A stretch of 48,614 bases of DNA, counting the filler, from Stramenopiles sp. TOSAG23-2 (lineage: Eukaryota), in NCBI GenBank assembly GCA_900128395.1. It is 2 parts of 2 records of this genome, joined end to end, with 100 filler letters (N's around TTAATTAATTAA, not from the genome) between each part and the next. Parts side by side here need not be neighbours in the genome. Positions count along the whole stretch, not along the records: positions 1 to 24,312 come from LT649468.1; 1 more part is not named here. One strand, written 5' to 3'. The notes beneath the pieces were generated by a model, which worked only from the letters and a program-made list of their open reading frames with translations, did not search any database and had not been told where the DNA came from. Below are positions 1-11,401 of this stretch, piece by piece; position 1 is the stretch's first letter; the number at the start of each line of letters is the position of its first letter. A program made the position numbers and the translations under genes.

Positions 1-350
1 CATAAATTCTTGATTTAATCTACTCAAATGATAATTCCTACTCTTCAAAAGAATACAATAACACGCTGAAATAATCTATCTCACACTAGTGTGTTGATAT
101 TCCAATAATCGAGAATACCAATGAAGGTAAATAGATAGTATCAACTACGAAGTACTCATAATATGATAGCTGATGGAAAACGTACATCATAGGAAGGCGG
201 AGATTTAAATATAATATAAATTAAATTATTTTTGAAAACAAAAAAAAATATATATAATATATATATTATTATAATATATATAATATATAATTATATATAC
301 ATTATATATAAAATGTTCTCTTACTCAATATATATATATATATTATTTTT

Positions 351-2294
351 TTATTGCGACGATATTGCATCAATAGCTTTATTCACAATTTTATATTTCA
401 CAATTGCATCAAGTGCTTCTTGAATGGTCATTCCTGCACCTAATAATATTGCCAAAGGCAATACTTGTTGCTCTTTCTCTTTATCGCTATCATCACTTGG
501 TGTAGCAACTTTAATATGATCTGATATTTGTCTCTTATCAACAGGTACATCACCATCAATTTGACTTAAATCATCGACATGATAAATTGCTTTCCACAAT
601 GCAAGCAAAGCTTTTTTCTCGTCAACGTTTGCAAACATCGATATTAAACGTATACAACGATGATAAATTTTATTATTTGTTGGACCAGTGTTAATCATAT
701 GATTACGACATACCATACCTTTCATGACTTGTGCACCGGTACTTATTGCGTTTAAAATTAACTTCAAACTAAAATGTGAAAAAGCAGTATATCCTTGGAA
801 TATTTCAGGATATTTCAATATGCTTTTGCAATCAATGTTGAAAAAATCAGAGTTTGTCAAATCCATATCATCCTCTGATCCACATTGTATCCTACATGCA
901 AATGTATTTTTCTCCTTTCTTGCTCGCATAGTCACTTCATCGATGTATTGATCATCCTTGTTATCTTTACTATTACGTGATGCATGTAATGCAATGACAG
1001 AATCATTCTCATTCAATGTAGGATATACATCTGACATAAATTGTTCAATCGAGATACGATATAATGATCCACGTCCAGAAATATCACCTTCTATTGCTCC
1101 AGCACCAACCCAACCACCTGTGCAAAATCCACGGAATTCAGTAAATGCAGCACCATACGTATCAGGCATTTCAGATGCATCAACGAAACCTAATATTCCA
1201 GCAGATTCTTTTCCTAAATAATAAACATGTCCTTTCTTTCCTATTGAATTACCACAACCTTCTAAAATTTTAGAAATATCTTCTGTAACTAAATACGTAC
1301 GATGGTAGGTTTCCTCCATAGTGGATACAATATTATCTACATATTGATCACAATTGATGCTTTTATCGCTTTGATTAATTTTACAAGATAAAGGCAATGT
1401 AGTTGCATCAGAAACAGCGCTACCAAAACATGCATCTAATATAACTTTAGTCACAGAACCACCTTTCATTCGTGATGATGCGCATACAGCTTCTGGTCCT
1501 ACAACAGGATTGATTATAAAATGTTTTGCTTTCGATGATGATGAAGCAGCTTGTTGCAATCTCATAGCGACATCTAACATTGTCTTTGATTTGGATGTTG
1601 GACGATTTCTCCACATTTCAATAGTTGCATCACGTGCAAGTCGTACAGGATTAAAGCCAACTAATACTCCACTATAATTTGGTAATGACGTTGGTAAATG
1701 GACCCCATTCGCTTCACTCCATGTTTTCACATCATCTTCACTTTTAGCATCACACATATCTAATACAAAATCAATTTGACCAGCAACATATGGGGCAGAT
1801 ACACCACATGTAATACCAACTACCATGACTAAATCGCCTTTCTTTTGTTTTGTAGTCACGGCCAGTAAATCTTTCACTGCGCCGACAGTATCGTCCTCTG
1901 GTAATTCATCTGACAATAACAATGCGCTGTCCCCACCGGAACAAAGATATTTAAAACATGGTCTTAAACCATTCTTAAATAATACTTGATTTAAATTTCT
2001 AGCAACTAAAAATGCTATTCGACCACTTGTACCGGAACCACTCATCACTACAACACTGTTATTTGACAAGATGATGTCTCTTGCAGCAATAGAAACTTTT
2101 TTCATGACATCCCGAATAGATACATCAGCTAACGACGTGTATGATCGATATCCTGAAAAAATTTGTGCATCACAACCACGCAATAATCGTACCATTCCTA
2201 ATGGTGTTGCAATATCTAATTTATCCGTCAATTCATTAGCACGTTCCGTGATTGGTAATTCTTTTTTTGCATTGTCATTCGCTACCGTTGCCAT
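351..2294 (-). CDS. GCKR: Glucokinase regulatory protein-like (tandem SIS domain, GCKR/MurQ-related)
   Basis: Motifs LPITERANELT..LD, SGSGTSGR, GITCGVSAPYV and GPEAVCASSRMKGGSVTK closely match the GCKR/MurQ SIS-family signatures. The length (~647 aa from ATG 2294, MATVAND) fits the two-SIS GCKR form. The ORF-track extension to 2423 is low-complexity and probably UTR. Confidence 0.85.
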   Translation of the reverse strand: MATVANDNAKKELPITERANELTDKLDIATPLGMVRLLRGCDAQIFSGYRSYTSLADVSIRDVMKKVSIAARDIILSNNSVVVMSGSGTSGRIAFLVARNLNQVLFKNGLRPCFKYLCSGGDSALLLSDELPEDDTVGAVKDLLAVTTKQKKGDLVMVVGITCGVSAPYVAGQIDFVLDMCDAKSEDDVKTWSEANGVHLPTSLPNYSGVLVGFNPVRLARDATIEMWRNRPTSKSKTMLDVAMRLQQAASSSSKAKHFIINPVVGPEAVCASSRMKGGSVTKVILDACFGSAVSDATTLPLSCKINQSDKSINCDQYVDNIVSTMEETYHRTYLVTEDISKILEGCGNSIGKKGHVYYLGKESAGILGFVDASEMPDTYGAAFTEFRGFCTGGWVGAGAIEGDISGRGSLYRISIEQFMSDVYPTLNENDSVIALHASRNSKDNKDDQYIDEVTMRARKEKNTFACRIQCGSEDDMDLTNSDFFNIDCKSILKYPEIFQGYTAFSHFSLKLILNAISTGAQVMKGMVCRNHMINTGPTNNKIYHRCIRLISMFANVDEKKALLALWKAIYHVDDLSQIDGDVPVDKRQISDHIKVATPSDDSDKEKEQQVLPLAILLGAGMTIQEALDAIVKYKIVNKAIDAISSQ

Positions 2295-2581
2295 CTTTGT
2301 ATATCGTCTGTTTTTTTTTTGCTTTTGGGGGGTGGTGGTGAAGATTCTTCTTAATAATCTAGTATACACACATATACATAAAATAAATCGAATAGCTGCT
2401 ACATAAACACACACAACACACACACAGATGAAACAGAGGAGAGAGTCAATTGTTTTTTTTTTGCATTCATTTCTTCTTTCTTTTTTTTTTTTCTCAATAA
2501 TATATAAATAAAATATGTGAATTTATCTAGACAAATATTGTATATCAAAAGTATAATTAATGGTATTCTATTTCGTTCACT

Positions 2582-2651
2582 CCAATTTGATGATAAAATC
2601 CTTAAAAATGAAATAGCCAATTTGCTGATAAAATCCTTAAAAATGAAATAG
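2582..2651. repeat. 35-bp tandem direct repeat (2 copies, 1 mismatch) in the divergent intergenic region
   Basis: ccaatttg(a/c)tgataaaatccttaaaaatgaaatag occurs at 2582 and 2617. Confidence 0.9.
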
Positions 2652-2950
2652 CCAGCCGTGTGTTAAGCCAATATTTTAATTCCACATTTCCAATCCAACC
2701 ACAGAAGACGTCATCAAAATAATTATTATTAGCAGCTGTACAGTGCTACACACCTTGACAAATGTAAGAAAGAACATTCATATATATATCACAGAAGAAA
2801 AAACAAATTCAAATATGTAGAAACAAAGCTATACTATCTATAGTGAGACGACAGATATATTTATTAAATAACTTTTACAGCATGGGAAAAGAAACGACGT
2901 ACTACGGCCATTAAGAAGAACATAATAATAATAATAATATACAATCAAAC

Positions 2951-5900
2951 ATGAAAGTACAACAAAGTAAGAAAAAAAAGAATACATCGAAACCTCCACC
3001 GAAAGAACAACCACCACATCCATTGGATTTGAATATCAACTTTTTTTCACGTATTACGTTTTCTTGGTTATTTAATTTAATAGCACTTGGTAGGCAAAGG
3101 GAGTTAGAAAATGAAGATGTATTTAAATGTCCATCTCGATTAGCATCTTTGAACAATATAAATAAATTTGATGATTTAGTAGCACAAGAAATTAAAAAGG
3201 AGAAACCAAAATTTTCTACTGTTATATGGACTATTGTATGGTATGAATATACAAGTGCATTTGTTTACTCTGTTCCTTTCATTATTTGTTATTTTTTTCA
3301 ACCATTATTCATACGAGGATTATTAAGAAAAATTGAAGGCAATGAAGATCCTTTTTTCGTTGGTTGGAGCGGTATATCATTATCAATTGGATTGACGTTA
3401 ACTACTGTATTAATGAGTCTGTCTATGCAAAACATGTGGGGAAATTTATTAAATGCTGGTGCTAAAGCACGCTCAATAGGGATGAGTTATATTTTTAAAA
3501 AAGCCTTAAAACTAGCACCACATTCTCGCCAACAACATTCAGTTGGTTCATTGGTGACGTTGATGACAGTCGATTTAGATCGTGTCTTTTATTGGATACA
3601 GCAATCGAATTGGCTTGTAGTTTCTCCATCTGCAATTATTTTTATTTCATATATTGTAGTAAATGAAATCGGTGCTATCCCATCAATGTGCGGTGGGATT
3701 GTATTAATTATTTTAACTGTTTTTTCTTATTACACAGCGACAGTTTTGAAACGAGCGCGAATTAAAGTTATGCGAAATACGGAACGAAGGGTTCATTTAA
3801 TTGAAGAATTACTACAAGGTATACGAGTAATTAAAAGTTATGCATGGGAAGGCCCATTAGCGGATCAAGTGGAAGATGTACGAAAATTGGAGTTGAAAAA
3901 TTTAGGGATCATGTTATTTTTCAGTGCAGTATCTTTATCAGTTGCATTTATTACGCCAGTAACAGTTGGATTAATCTCATTTTATGTATATGCATTGCAA
4001 GGCAATGAGTTAACTGCATCAGTTGTTTTTACAACATTTGCTGCTATTAATTTGCTAAGATTGCCAGTGAAAATTATACCTATGGTAATTGCTCGATATG
4101 TTGAAGCGGTAGTATCGTTTAAACGATTGACAAAATTCATGTGTCTAGATGAATTAGAAGATAATCCATTTACATTGACAGATGCAAGTACATCGGAAAA
4201 ATATTCTTTAACAATGAAAAATTGTATTTTTGCATGGTCACCAGAGAAAGATTCATTTCGTGTAAAAGTACCAGAATTAAATATTAAAAGAGGAGATTTA
4301 GTTTGTGTCATAGGTGTCGTTGGGTGTGGAAAAACAAGTTTACTTTCATGTATACTAGGAGAGTTATTAAAAATCGATGGTACCGGTACGCGAGACAAAA
4401 CAGGATATGTAAGCCAAAAAGCATGGATACAAAATTGTTCATTAAAAGATGCGATTTTATTTGGTAATCCATATAACAAAGAACGATATGAAAAAACAAT
4501 CGAAGTTGCACAATTAACAACGGACTTACTAGTGCTACCAAATGGCGATGCAACAGAAATTGGTGAACGTGGTATTAATTTATCTGGTGGGCAAAAGCAA
4601 CGTGTTGCAATTGCACGTCTGATTTATAGTGCAGATAATATTGATCTATGCATTTTTGATGATCCACTGAGTGCTGTAGATGTCCATGTAGCAAGTGCAT
4701 TATTTGAAGAAGCTATTTGCGGCTCACTTTTAAAAGAAAAAACACGTATCTTGACTTTAAATTCTCACTATCATTTATTACAACATGCTGACTATATTGT
4801 TGTTATGGAAGATGGAACCATTTCCGCAAAAGGAAGGTATGAACAAGTTGCAAATATGGAGTCGTTTAAACATTTAATATCGTCGATGGAGGAAACGGAA
4901 GAGGAAAATGATAATGATGAAGGTAATAGTAAAAGTGAAGATATTATCTCAGCAGCAGCAGTAGCAGTAGCAACCAATTCTCCAATAAGCAGTAGTAAGC
5001 AAGTTGTACTGAAGGAAGAAGGAAAAGAAGAAAAGAAAGAAAAAGTTGATGATCTGCAAGATGGAACAGGAACTTCGAATAAATTGATTAAAAAAGAGGA
5101 TAGAACAGTCGGTTCAGTTGGCCTTAAAACGTTGATAGCATATTATGATGCAGCATCTAATGGTAAAAATGGTGCGTTGTTTTGTTCATTTGTTTTGTTT
5201 ACATTTGTCCTGGCACAAGGAATTCGAACCGTAGACGATGTCTTGCTAAGTCAATGGTCAAAGGACTCGTCAGATAGTAATTTATTTACTTTATATGCTG
5301 TTTTTGCTGGATTAACATTTTTATTTTATGTGCTATCTAGCTTAACATTTGTATATGCTGCAATTCGTGCATCAAAAGTATTTCATTCACGAATTTTTAG
5401 TGCCATCTTGGAAGCACCAATCAATACATTTTATGATGTTACACCCGTTGGCCAGATTCTAAATAGATTTACGAAAGATATTGATCAAATTGATATGTTA
5501 TTGCCTGATTATCAAGTGCAGTTTATACAAAATGCATTATATTTCGTAGGGGCAGCTATTTTATGCGTTTATAGCAATCCATTCTTTGCATTAATTTTGC
5601 CAGTATTATTGGTCCTGTTTGTCAAGCTTGGTGCTTTTTACCGCGCAGCTTTGCGTACAGTGAAAAGGTTAGAAAGCATTTCAAGATCACCAATATTTTC
5701 CACATTTTCAGAGGCTATGAATGGATTATCAACTATCCGATCGTTTACAGGGCACCAGAAAAAAACATTGGAGAAACACTATGAAAGTGTTGATTTGAAT
5801 ACATCGCTCTTCCATGCCTATTGGCTTTCTGGAAATTGGTATGCTCTTCGTGTAGACACATTAGGTTCTTGTATTGCTTTTTTTGTTTCATTATTCGCAA

Positions 5901-6859
5901 TTGTTGCAAGTGATTATGGCCAAGGCCCTGAAATCGTAGGTTTAGCATTGACGTTTGCAGTACAATTTACCTCTTTACTTCAATGGACAGTTCGATGTGC
6001 ATTAGAAACTGAATCAAATATGACATCTGTTGAACGTCTACATTATTATGCATCTTCCATACCGAAAGAAAAAAGCGATGGTGATGAATTACCTTCTAAA
6101 AATTGGCCGGAAAAAGGTGAAATTGAAATGAGTAATTGTAAATTGCGTTATCGTGATGGGTTACCGCTCGTATTAAAAGGTGTTGATTTGAAAATTAAAT
6201 CAGGGGAAAAAATTGGTGTCGTTGGGCGTACTGGAGCCGGTAAATCGTCATTGGTTATAGCATTCCTACGCATTGTTGAACTGGTGGAAGGCTTTATTAA
6301 AATTGATGGTGTAGATTTATCGAAGCTTAAATTGAAGGATATACGTTCAGTTGTCAGTTTAATACCTCAAACACCTTTTCTATTTTCTGGTACTTTGCGA
6401 ATGAATTTGGATCCATTTAATGAATATACAGACGACAAAGTTTGGCAAGTACTTGAACAAGTCCATTTGAAACAAGCATGTATGAATTTTCCAAATAAAT
6501 TATTATATGCTATTTCAGATCAAGGCAGCAATTTATCTGCTGGACAACAGCAACTGATATGTGTTGCAAGAGCATTATTAAGAGGCTCTAAAGTAATTCT
6601 ATTAGATGAAGCAACAGCAAATGTTGATAGTGCTACTGATACTTTGATACAAGAAACGATTCAAACTGCATTTAAAGGTGCAACTACTTTGACTATTGCA
6701 CATCGACTTGATACTGTAATGGTTTCCGATCGAATTTTGGTCATGGATGATGGTAAAGTAAGCGAATTTGACACTCCTGCAAATTTATTGAAAAATGAAC
6801 ATGGAATATTTTATGGTTTAGTAGAAGAATGGAGAAGCAATAATGAAGATTCAAAGTGA
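2951..6859 (+). CDS. ABCC/MRP-family full ABC transporter (TMD1-NBD1-TMD2-NBD2, no TMD0)
   Basis: NBD1: GVVGCGKTS, LSGGQKQR, FDDPLSAVD. NBD2: GRTGAGKSS, LSAGQQQ, LLDEATANVD. Also N-terminal lasso-like FFSRITFSW and the WPEKGEI motif; 1302 aa. Confidence 0.96.
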   Translation: MKVQQSKKKKNTSKPPPKEQPPHPLDLNINFFSRITFSWLFNLIALGRQRELENEDVFKCPSRLASLNNINKFDDLVAQEIKKEKPKFSTVIWTIVWYEYTSAFVYSVPFIICYFFQPLFIRGLLRKIEGNEDPFFVGWSGISLSIGLTLTTVLMSLSMQNMWGNLLNAGAKARSIGMSYIFKKALKLAPHSRQQHSVGSLVTLMTVDLDRVFYWIQQSNWLVVSPSAIIFISYIVVNEIGAIPSMCGGIVLIILTVFSYYTATVLKRARIKVMRNTERRVHLIEELLQGIRVIKSYAWEGPLADQVEDVRKLELKNLGIMLFFSAVSLSVAFITPVTVGLISFYVYALQGNELTASVVFTTFAAINLLRLPVKIIPMVIARYVEAVVSFKRLTKFMCLDELEDNPFTLTDASTSEKYSLTMKNCIFAWSPEKDSFRVKVPELNIKRGDLVCVIGVVGCGKTSLLSCILGELLKIDGTGTRDKTGYVSQKAWIQNCSLKDAILFGNPYNKERYEKTIEVAQLTTDLLVLPNGDATEIGERGINLSGGQKQRVAIARLIYSADNIDLCIFDDPLSAVDVHVASALFEEAICGSLLKEKTRILTLNSHYHLLQHADYIVVMEDGTISAKGRYEQVANMESFKHLISSMEETEEENDNDEGNSKSEDIISAAAVAVATNSPISSSKQVVLKEEGKEEKKEKVDDLQDGTGTSNKLIKKEDRTVGSVGLKTLIAYYDAASNGKNGALFCSFVLFTFVLAQGIRTVDDVLLSQWSKDSSDSNLFTLYAVFAGLTFLFYVLSSLTFVYAAIRASKVFHSRIFSAILEAPINTFYDVTPVGQILNRFTKDIDQIDMLLPDYQVQFIQNALYFVGAAILCVYSNPFFALILPVLLVLFVKLGAFYRAALRTVKRLESISRSPIFSTFSEAMNGLSTIRSFTGHQKKTLEKHYESVDLNTSLFHAYWLSGNWYALRVDTLGSCIAFFVSLFAIVASDYGQGPEIVGLALTFAVQFTSLLQWTVRCALETESNMTSVERLHYYASSIPKEKSDGDELPSKNWPEKGEIEMSNCKLRYRDGLPLVLKGVDLKIKSGEKIGVVGRTGAGKSSLVIAFLRIVELVEGFIKIDGVDLSKLKLKDIRSVVSLIPQTPFLFSGTLRMNLDPFNEYTDDKVWQVLEQVHLKQACMNFPNKLLYAISDQGSNLSAGQQQLICVARALLRGSKVILLDEATANVDSATDTLIQETIQTAFKGATTLTIAHRLDTVMVSDRILVMDDGKVSEFDTPANLLKNEHGIFYGLVEEWRSNNEDSK

Positions 6860-7323
6860 GAGGGGATTGTTTAGCTTTTTATTTAAAATACACGTTTTTT
6901 TCTTTTCAGTGGAGTTTTAAAAAGCATTTTCACACGACATACTCAAAAAAAGGCTTTCTTTAAATTAATAATTAATACTCCTAATGTGGTCAGTCTGTTT
7001 TTCCGGGGTAGCTATTTCGTAAATGAATATATATTAGTATTTGGGACAGATAAAATTTATATATGCAAAGGATTTTTTTATATGAATATACGAAGTATAA
7101 ATATTATTTAAGATTTTATATAAGACTTTATAAATCATTTTTGGTTTGAGATGTTAATGAACGGGAGTAAAAGAAATTTATATTTAATATATGAGTAAGA
7201 GAACATTTTATATTATTATAAGACAAATTAATTTTATTTTTATTAATATATATATACAAATTAAAATATATAGGGGGGCCTTTCATTTTTTAATTTTTAC
7301 TCCCCCGCGCTCCCTTTTTCTTC

Positions 7324-8529
7324 TCATGGAGTATGTTTCTTATTTTCTTCTCCATCTACTTTAAATTCCTTCTCCTTATCAACAACATTAATTTGGATTT
7401 CTTCTTCTTTACCGAAAACATTTACTTTTTCTTCTTCCTTCACGGAGGTGTCTACTTCCGGAAATGTTTCATTGGATGATATTGCATTATTATCATCATC
7501 TGGCTTTTTCTGATACAATGGGTTATAAAATATTCCCTTACTCTGTGTTAAACGTTTTTTGATTCTTTTACGAGCTTTTTTCACTCTTGCTAATATGATT
7601 ACAGCTAATAATTCCAACACTATTGCTATAATTCCAAGCCCTACAATTGTATAAATCACTGTAAAAACACCACCACCAAGGGTAGAGGGAGCATAATCAC
7701 CAAGTCCTACAGTGGTCAACGTAACATATGTAAAATAAATTCCTTCCCAATATGTCCAATTTTCTATTAAACAAATAATTAATGATCCAATTAATACCCA
7801 TAGAAACATTACTGCAAACGATACTTTTACTTTTCTTTCCTCTTCTTTGAAATCAGGGACTTCAGCCTTAAGCAATAATGTTAATTCTTGAAATTCTTTT
7901 AAATCTAATTCATTTGATTCATCAACGTCAACTTGCTTAAAGTATTCTTCAAATTCATCAGCTGTCACTGTAATTCCTAGCTCTTTTAAAGCTGCAAATA
8001 CTTCCGTACCGTCTAAACATCCACTATTGTCAGTATCAAAGTGTTCAAATGCCGAAGCCATTTTCGATGCTTTGGGTGATAATGAAAGTGTTAAAATTTC
8101 AAGTACCATGTTTGATAAATTTACAAAACAAATACCAGCCAATGGAATAGCAACAGTGGCATATAACAAAACAAATGCTTGTCCTGCTAGTGTGCTAGGA
8201 GAAAAAGAACCGTAGCCAACAGTGGTAGCAATTGTAAACGCGAAGAAGGTGGAGCTTAACACGTGCCAATTATTTTCATACGTGCCATCTGATAAAAGAT
8301 GAGCCTTCTCTTTTAGGTAATTAATCAACGTTTCATTATCATTTAAATATTTCTTCAATGCTTCTAAATCATCTTTGTTTTGCTTAATAAGTTTTTCATT
8401 TTGATCGTATTCAATTAAATGAAATATGACACCACCAACAATTATTAATAAAAAGAATAAGATAAAATATCTCAAACATTTAATTAAACGTGAATGATGC
8501 TCTGGCCTCCATTTCATAATACGATCCAT
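7324..8529 (-). CDS. Two-pore-domain (K2P/TPK-like) potassium channel with an EF-hand pair between the two pore modules
   Basis: Two selectivity filters (TTVGYG, TTVGLG) and four hydrophobic helices. EF-loops DTDNSGCLDGTE and DVDESNELDLKE lie in the M2-M3 linker. Confidence 0.92.
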   Translation of the reverse strand: MDRIMKWRPEHHSRLIKCLRYFILFFLLIIVGGVIFHLIEYDQNEKLIKQNKDDLEALKKYLNDNETLINYLKEKAHLLSDGTYENNWHVLSSTFFAFTIATTVGYGSFSPSTLAGQAFVLLYATVAIPLAGICFVNLSNMVLEILTLSLSPKASKMASAFEHFDTDNSGCLDGTEVFAALKELGITVTADEFEEYFKQVDVDESNELDLKEFQELTLLLKAEVPDFKEEERKVKVSFAVMFLWVLIGSLIICLIENWTYWEGIYFTYVTLTTVGLGDYAPSTLGGGVFTVIYTIVGLGIIAIVLELLAVIILARVKKARKRIKKRLTQSKGIFYNPLYQKKPDDDNNAISSNETFPEVDTSVKEEEKVNVFGKEEEIQINVVDKEKEFKVDGEENKKHTP

Positions 8530-9217
8530 GATTTATACTAATATATATATTAATAGTCTTCTATGTTTATATATGTGAGCTATTCCTATTATTTGTAGAG
8601 ATTTAACATTTTTTGTTTTGTTTGATCAACAACACAATAATATCTTTTCTATATGTAGCTTCTTCTTCCTGTCTCTATGTATTAATTTCAATTAATATTA
8701 ATATATGGTACCATGGTAGACCTAAAATGTGAAAATGTGTCTTGCACACTAACACATGTGTGGGGTTAAAGGTTAAAGAGTTGGGGTAAGGTAAGCCTAT
8801 ACCAGGTAATCTATATACTGTAGGTCCTAGACTAAGACTTTTAAGGTAAGCCAGTAAGCCTGGTAAGGTTAGCTGGTACAAAGAGAAGCTGGTTTGCAAA
8901 AAAATAAAAAGATGGGGAGACTATTTTAATCAATATTACATTATGAAACTCGCCTGGATACAAAAACTGGAGATCAATTTTTATTTTCTAATGCAAGTGG
9001 TACTGAAATTACAACTATTTCTATTACGGCGCTGATGCTACAATAAAATTTTTTTTTTTATTACTCGTACGAAGTATTATTACTATATTTTTTTTTAAAA
9101 TTATTATTTTTTACCAAAAAAATAAGTATGATATAATTATTGTGTGGTGCTCTCTCTCGAAAAGTATCATGTACCTCCATCCTCCACATTACCTCCAACA
9201 TATTTCTTTTATTTATT

Positions 9218-9892
9218 TTACAACTTGCCTTTTGGTGCTTCACCTTTTGGATTCACTTTCATTCCTCTTGGTGGATAAAATGCAGGTCTTTTCGTCGTTA
9301 AATTGACCCATGTCAATACATTTGGCCATGGACTATAATCAAATTTTATAGCACGACCATATTGACCCACTACAGAAGCCATCATTACATCTGCCACTGT
9401 GAACCTTCCTCTGCCTTCACCAATTAAATAATCACGTCCTTCAAGTTCCGTATTCAATGCATTCAATAATGGTTGCAATTTTTTCGTAAACTGAACACGA
9501 CCTTCTTTACCACCTTGTCCAAATACCATTGGCAATAAATTTGGTTCAAAATTACTGATACTAGATAATCCATACATTGAAATGCGAGCTCGTTCACCTT
9601 CATTTTGTGCTGACATAGGACCACCTAAAACGTTTGCAATGTATTGACAAATTGCTTGGGACTCGTATAAAACCACATCGCCATGTTTCATCACTGGTAT
9701 AAGGCGGTATGGATTTAATTTTAGAAATTCTTCCGTATCACGCACATCATTAAATCCAGTAACTGGCCCGCCAGTATCGACTTCAAGGAAATCTTCACCT
9801 ATTTTCATTCCATATTCTCTTAGCAACCAATATGGTCTTGATGCTCGAGAAGCTTGATGTCCATAAATTACAATTTTATCTTTTGATGCCAT
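9218..9892 (-). CDS. Glutathione S-transferase
   Basis: SRASRPYWLLRE, FLKLNPYRLIPVM, LYESQAICQYI and the C-terminal FTVAD motif; 224 aa. Confidence 0.93.
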   Translation of the reverse strand: MASKDKIVIYGHQASRASRPYWLLREYGMKIGEDFLEVDTGGPVTGFNDVRDTEEFLKLNPYRLIPVMKHGDVVLYESQAICQYIANVLGGPMSAQNEGERARISMYGLSSISNFEPNLLPMVFGQGGKEGRVQFTKKLQPLLNALNTELEGRDYLIGEGRGRFTVADVMMASVVGQYGRAIKFDYSPWPNVLTWVNLTTKRPAFYPPRGMKVNPKGEAPKGKL

Positions 9893-11401
9893 AATAAATT
9901 TTTTTTTTCTTCTTTAGTTCTTTTTTTAAAGTGTGATGATAATGAGATATTACAATTATTGTAAATGTGTGTGTATCTATAATATATACTATGATATATT
10001 GTTGTTAGTATTACGAAGTTTTTCTGATGGTATATATTTATGATAGCCATCTGTTTATCTAAATATATATATTGTTTTTTGTGTGTCTAACTCATCGAGG
10101 TGTGCGTGTATCCATGTATTACGAGGAGTAAAAAGGGGAGTAAAAGATATTTTTTTATAGAAAAAAAATATCTTTTCTTTCTTCCAATAAATCCTCTTTT
10201 GATACTACCAACTTTTTTCATTTTATGAATATCCGAAAATATTAATAATGATCTAATTGGTAAGTGCGTGGTAAGGTACGAAGGAAGCCAGTAGCAAAAA
10301 AATAAAAAGATGATGCGGAATATTTTGTTGTTTTGCTGATTTTAAGAGGCTTTCGATTTTGTACCAGGTGGTATTTTAATGATGGAAATATGAGCTAATA
10401 TTGTTATAAGAAAGTTGGTAATTTAATAATGTGTGCTGGTGTGCACATGTCGAATAATTATTATTACCAGGTACAGTACCTGGTACAGTAATATGAGGAG
10501 TCAGTGAGTGACATAAATTTGTATACCTTTTCTTTAATGAATGAATTAAAATTATTATAAAAATAAATAAACATTAGTTGCATTATGCATATTTATTAAT
10601 AAAAACATTTTTTATAGAACCAATGATATTTTATATCATATTATTTATCATCATATAAATTATATATATTTATATTTAAATATTATATTAATATATGACC
10701 CAACACCCCAAACGTATATATATAATATATAAAATTTATTACGGACGGAAGGGAGACAGCAAGGAAACTTTATTTTAAGTGATTACCGCCTTGCCTTCGA
10801 TTCAAAACCAGACGTCCCAGTAGACCACATTGTCAAAATTGCATTAAACATGCAGGTGGAAAGGCGTGTGCTCCAAGATGCGAATAGTTAGAAACGTTGG
10901 GCCAAGAGTTTGGGCGTTTGGGCCAGAAATCTATGACGCGTAAATTAAATTAGTCCTCATAATTGTGATGCTAAAATAAACTTAATCCACCCTGATATAC
11001 AAAAAATACATTTTTGTGAGAGTATTAGTATTTTCTGACGTGCAATTGGCACATTCTAATTTTCCTATATGTAGTCAATAACCTACAATCACGGTGTGCA
11101 TTTTTTTCATTTTTTCATTTTTCTGAGATTTGATAGAGACTATATTTCACCTCCAAGTACAAATAATTAGTATAGTCGTCTAAAACGACCCTCGTCGAAC
11201 TAAAAATTTTGTTGCGAATTGCTGTCCAGGCTGTGTGGATTGCCACCAAAGATACGATAAATAATATATCCGACTGTGATGTATATATATTAACATGGGG
11301 ATGTGAATGAATACAATGTATATATATAGGAAGGATATGTGTACAACAGACATACCCCCTATCCCTTCTCCTTTTCCTTTATTTTTTATGTACAAAATAC
11401 C

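Noticed and set aside
118-176. Possible box C/D snoRNA (CCA-ATGAAGG...CTGA-TGG)
   Set aside because: The C box has two mismatches, the terminal stem is only 3 bp, and no convincing rRNA guide lies next to a D box. A snoscan/Infernal run would be needed.
232-423. Short I/Y/N-rich ORFs here and in other intergenic regions
   Set aside because: Translations of AT-dinucleotide low-complexity DNA with no protein features.
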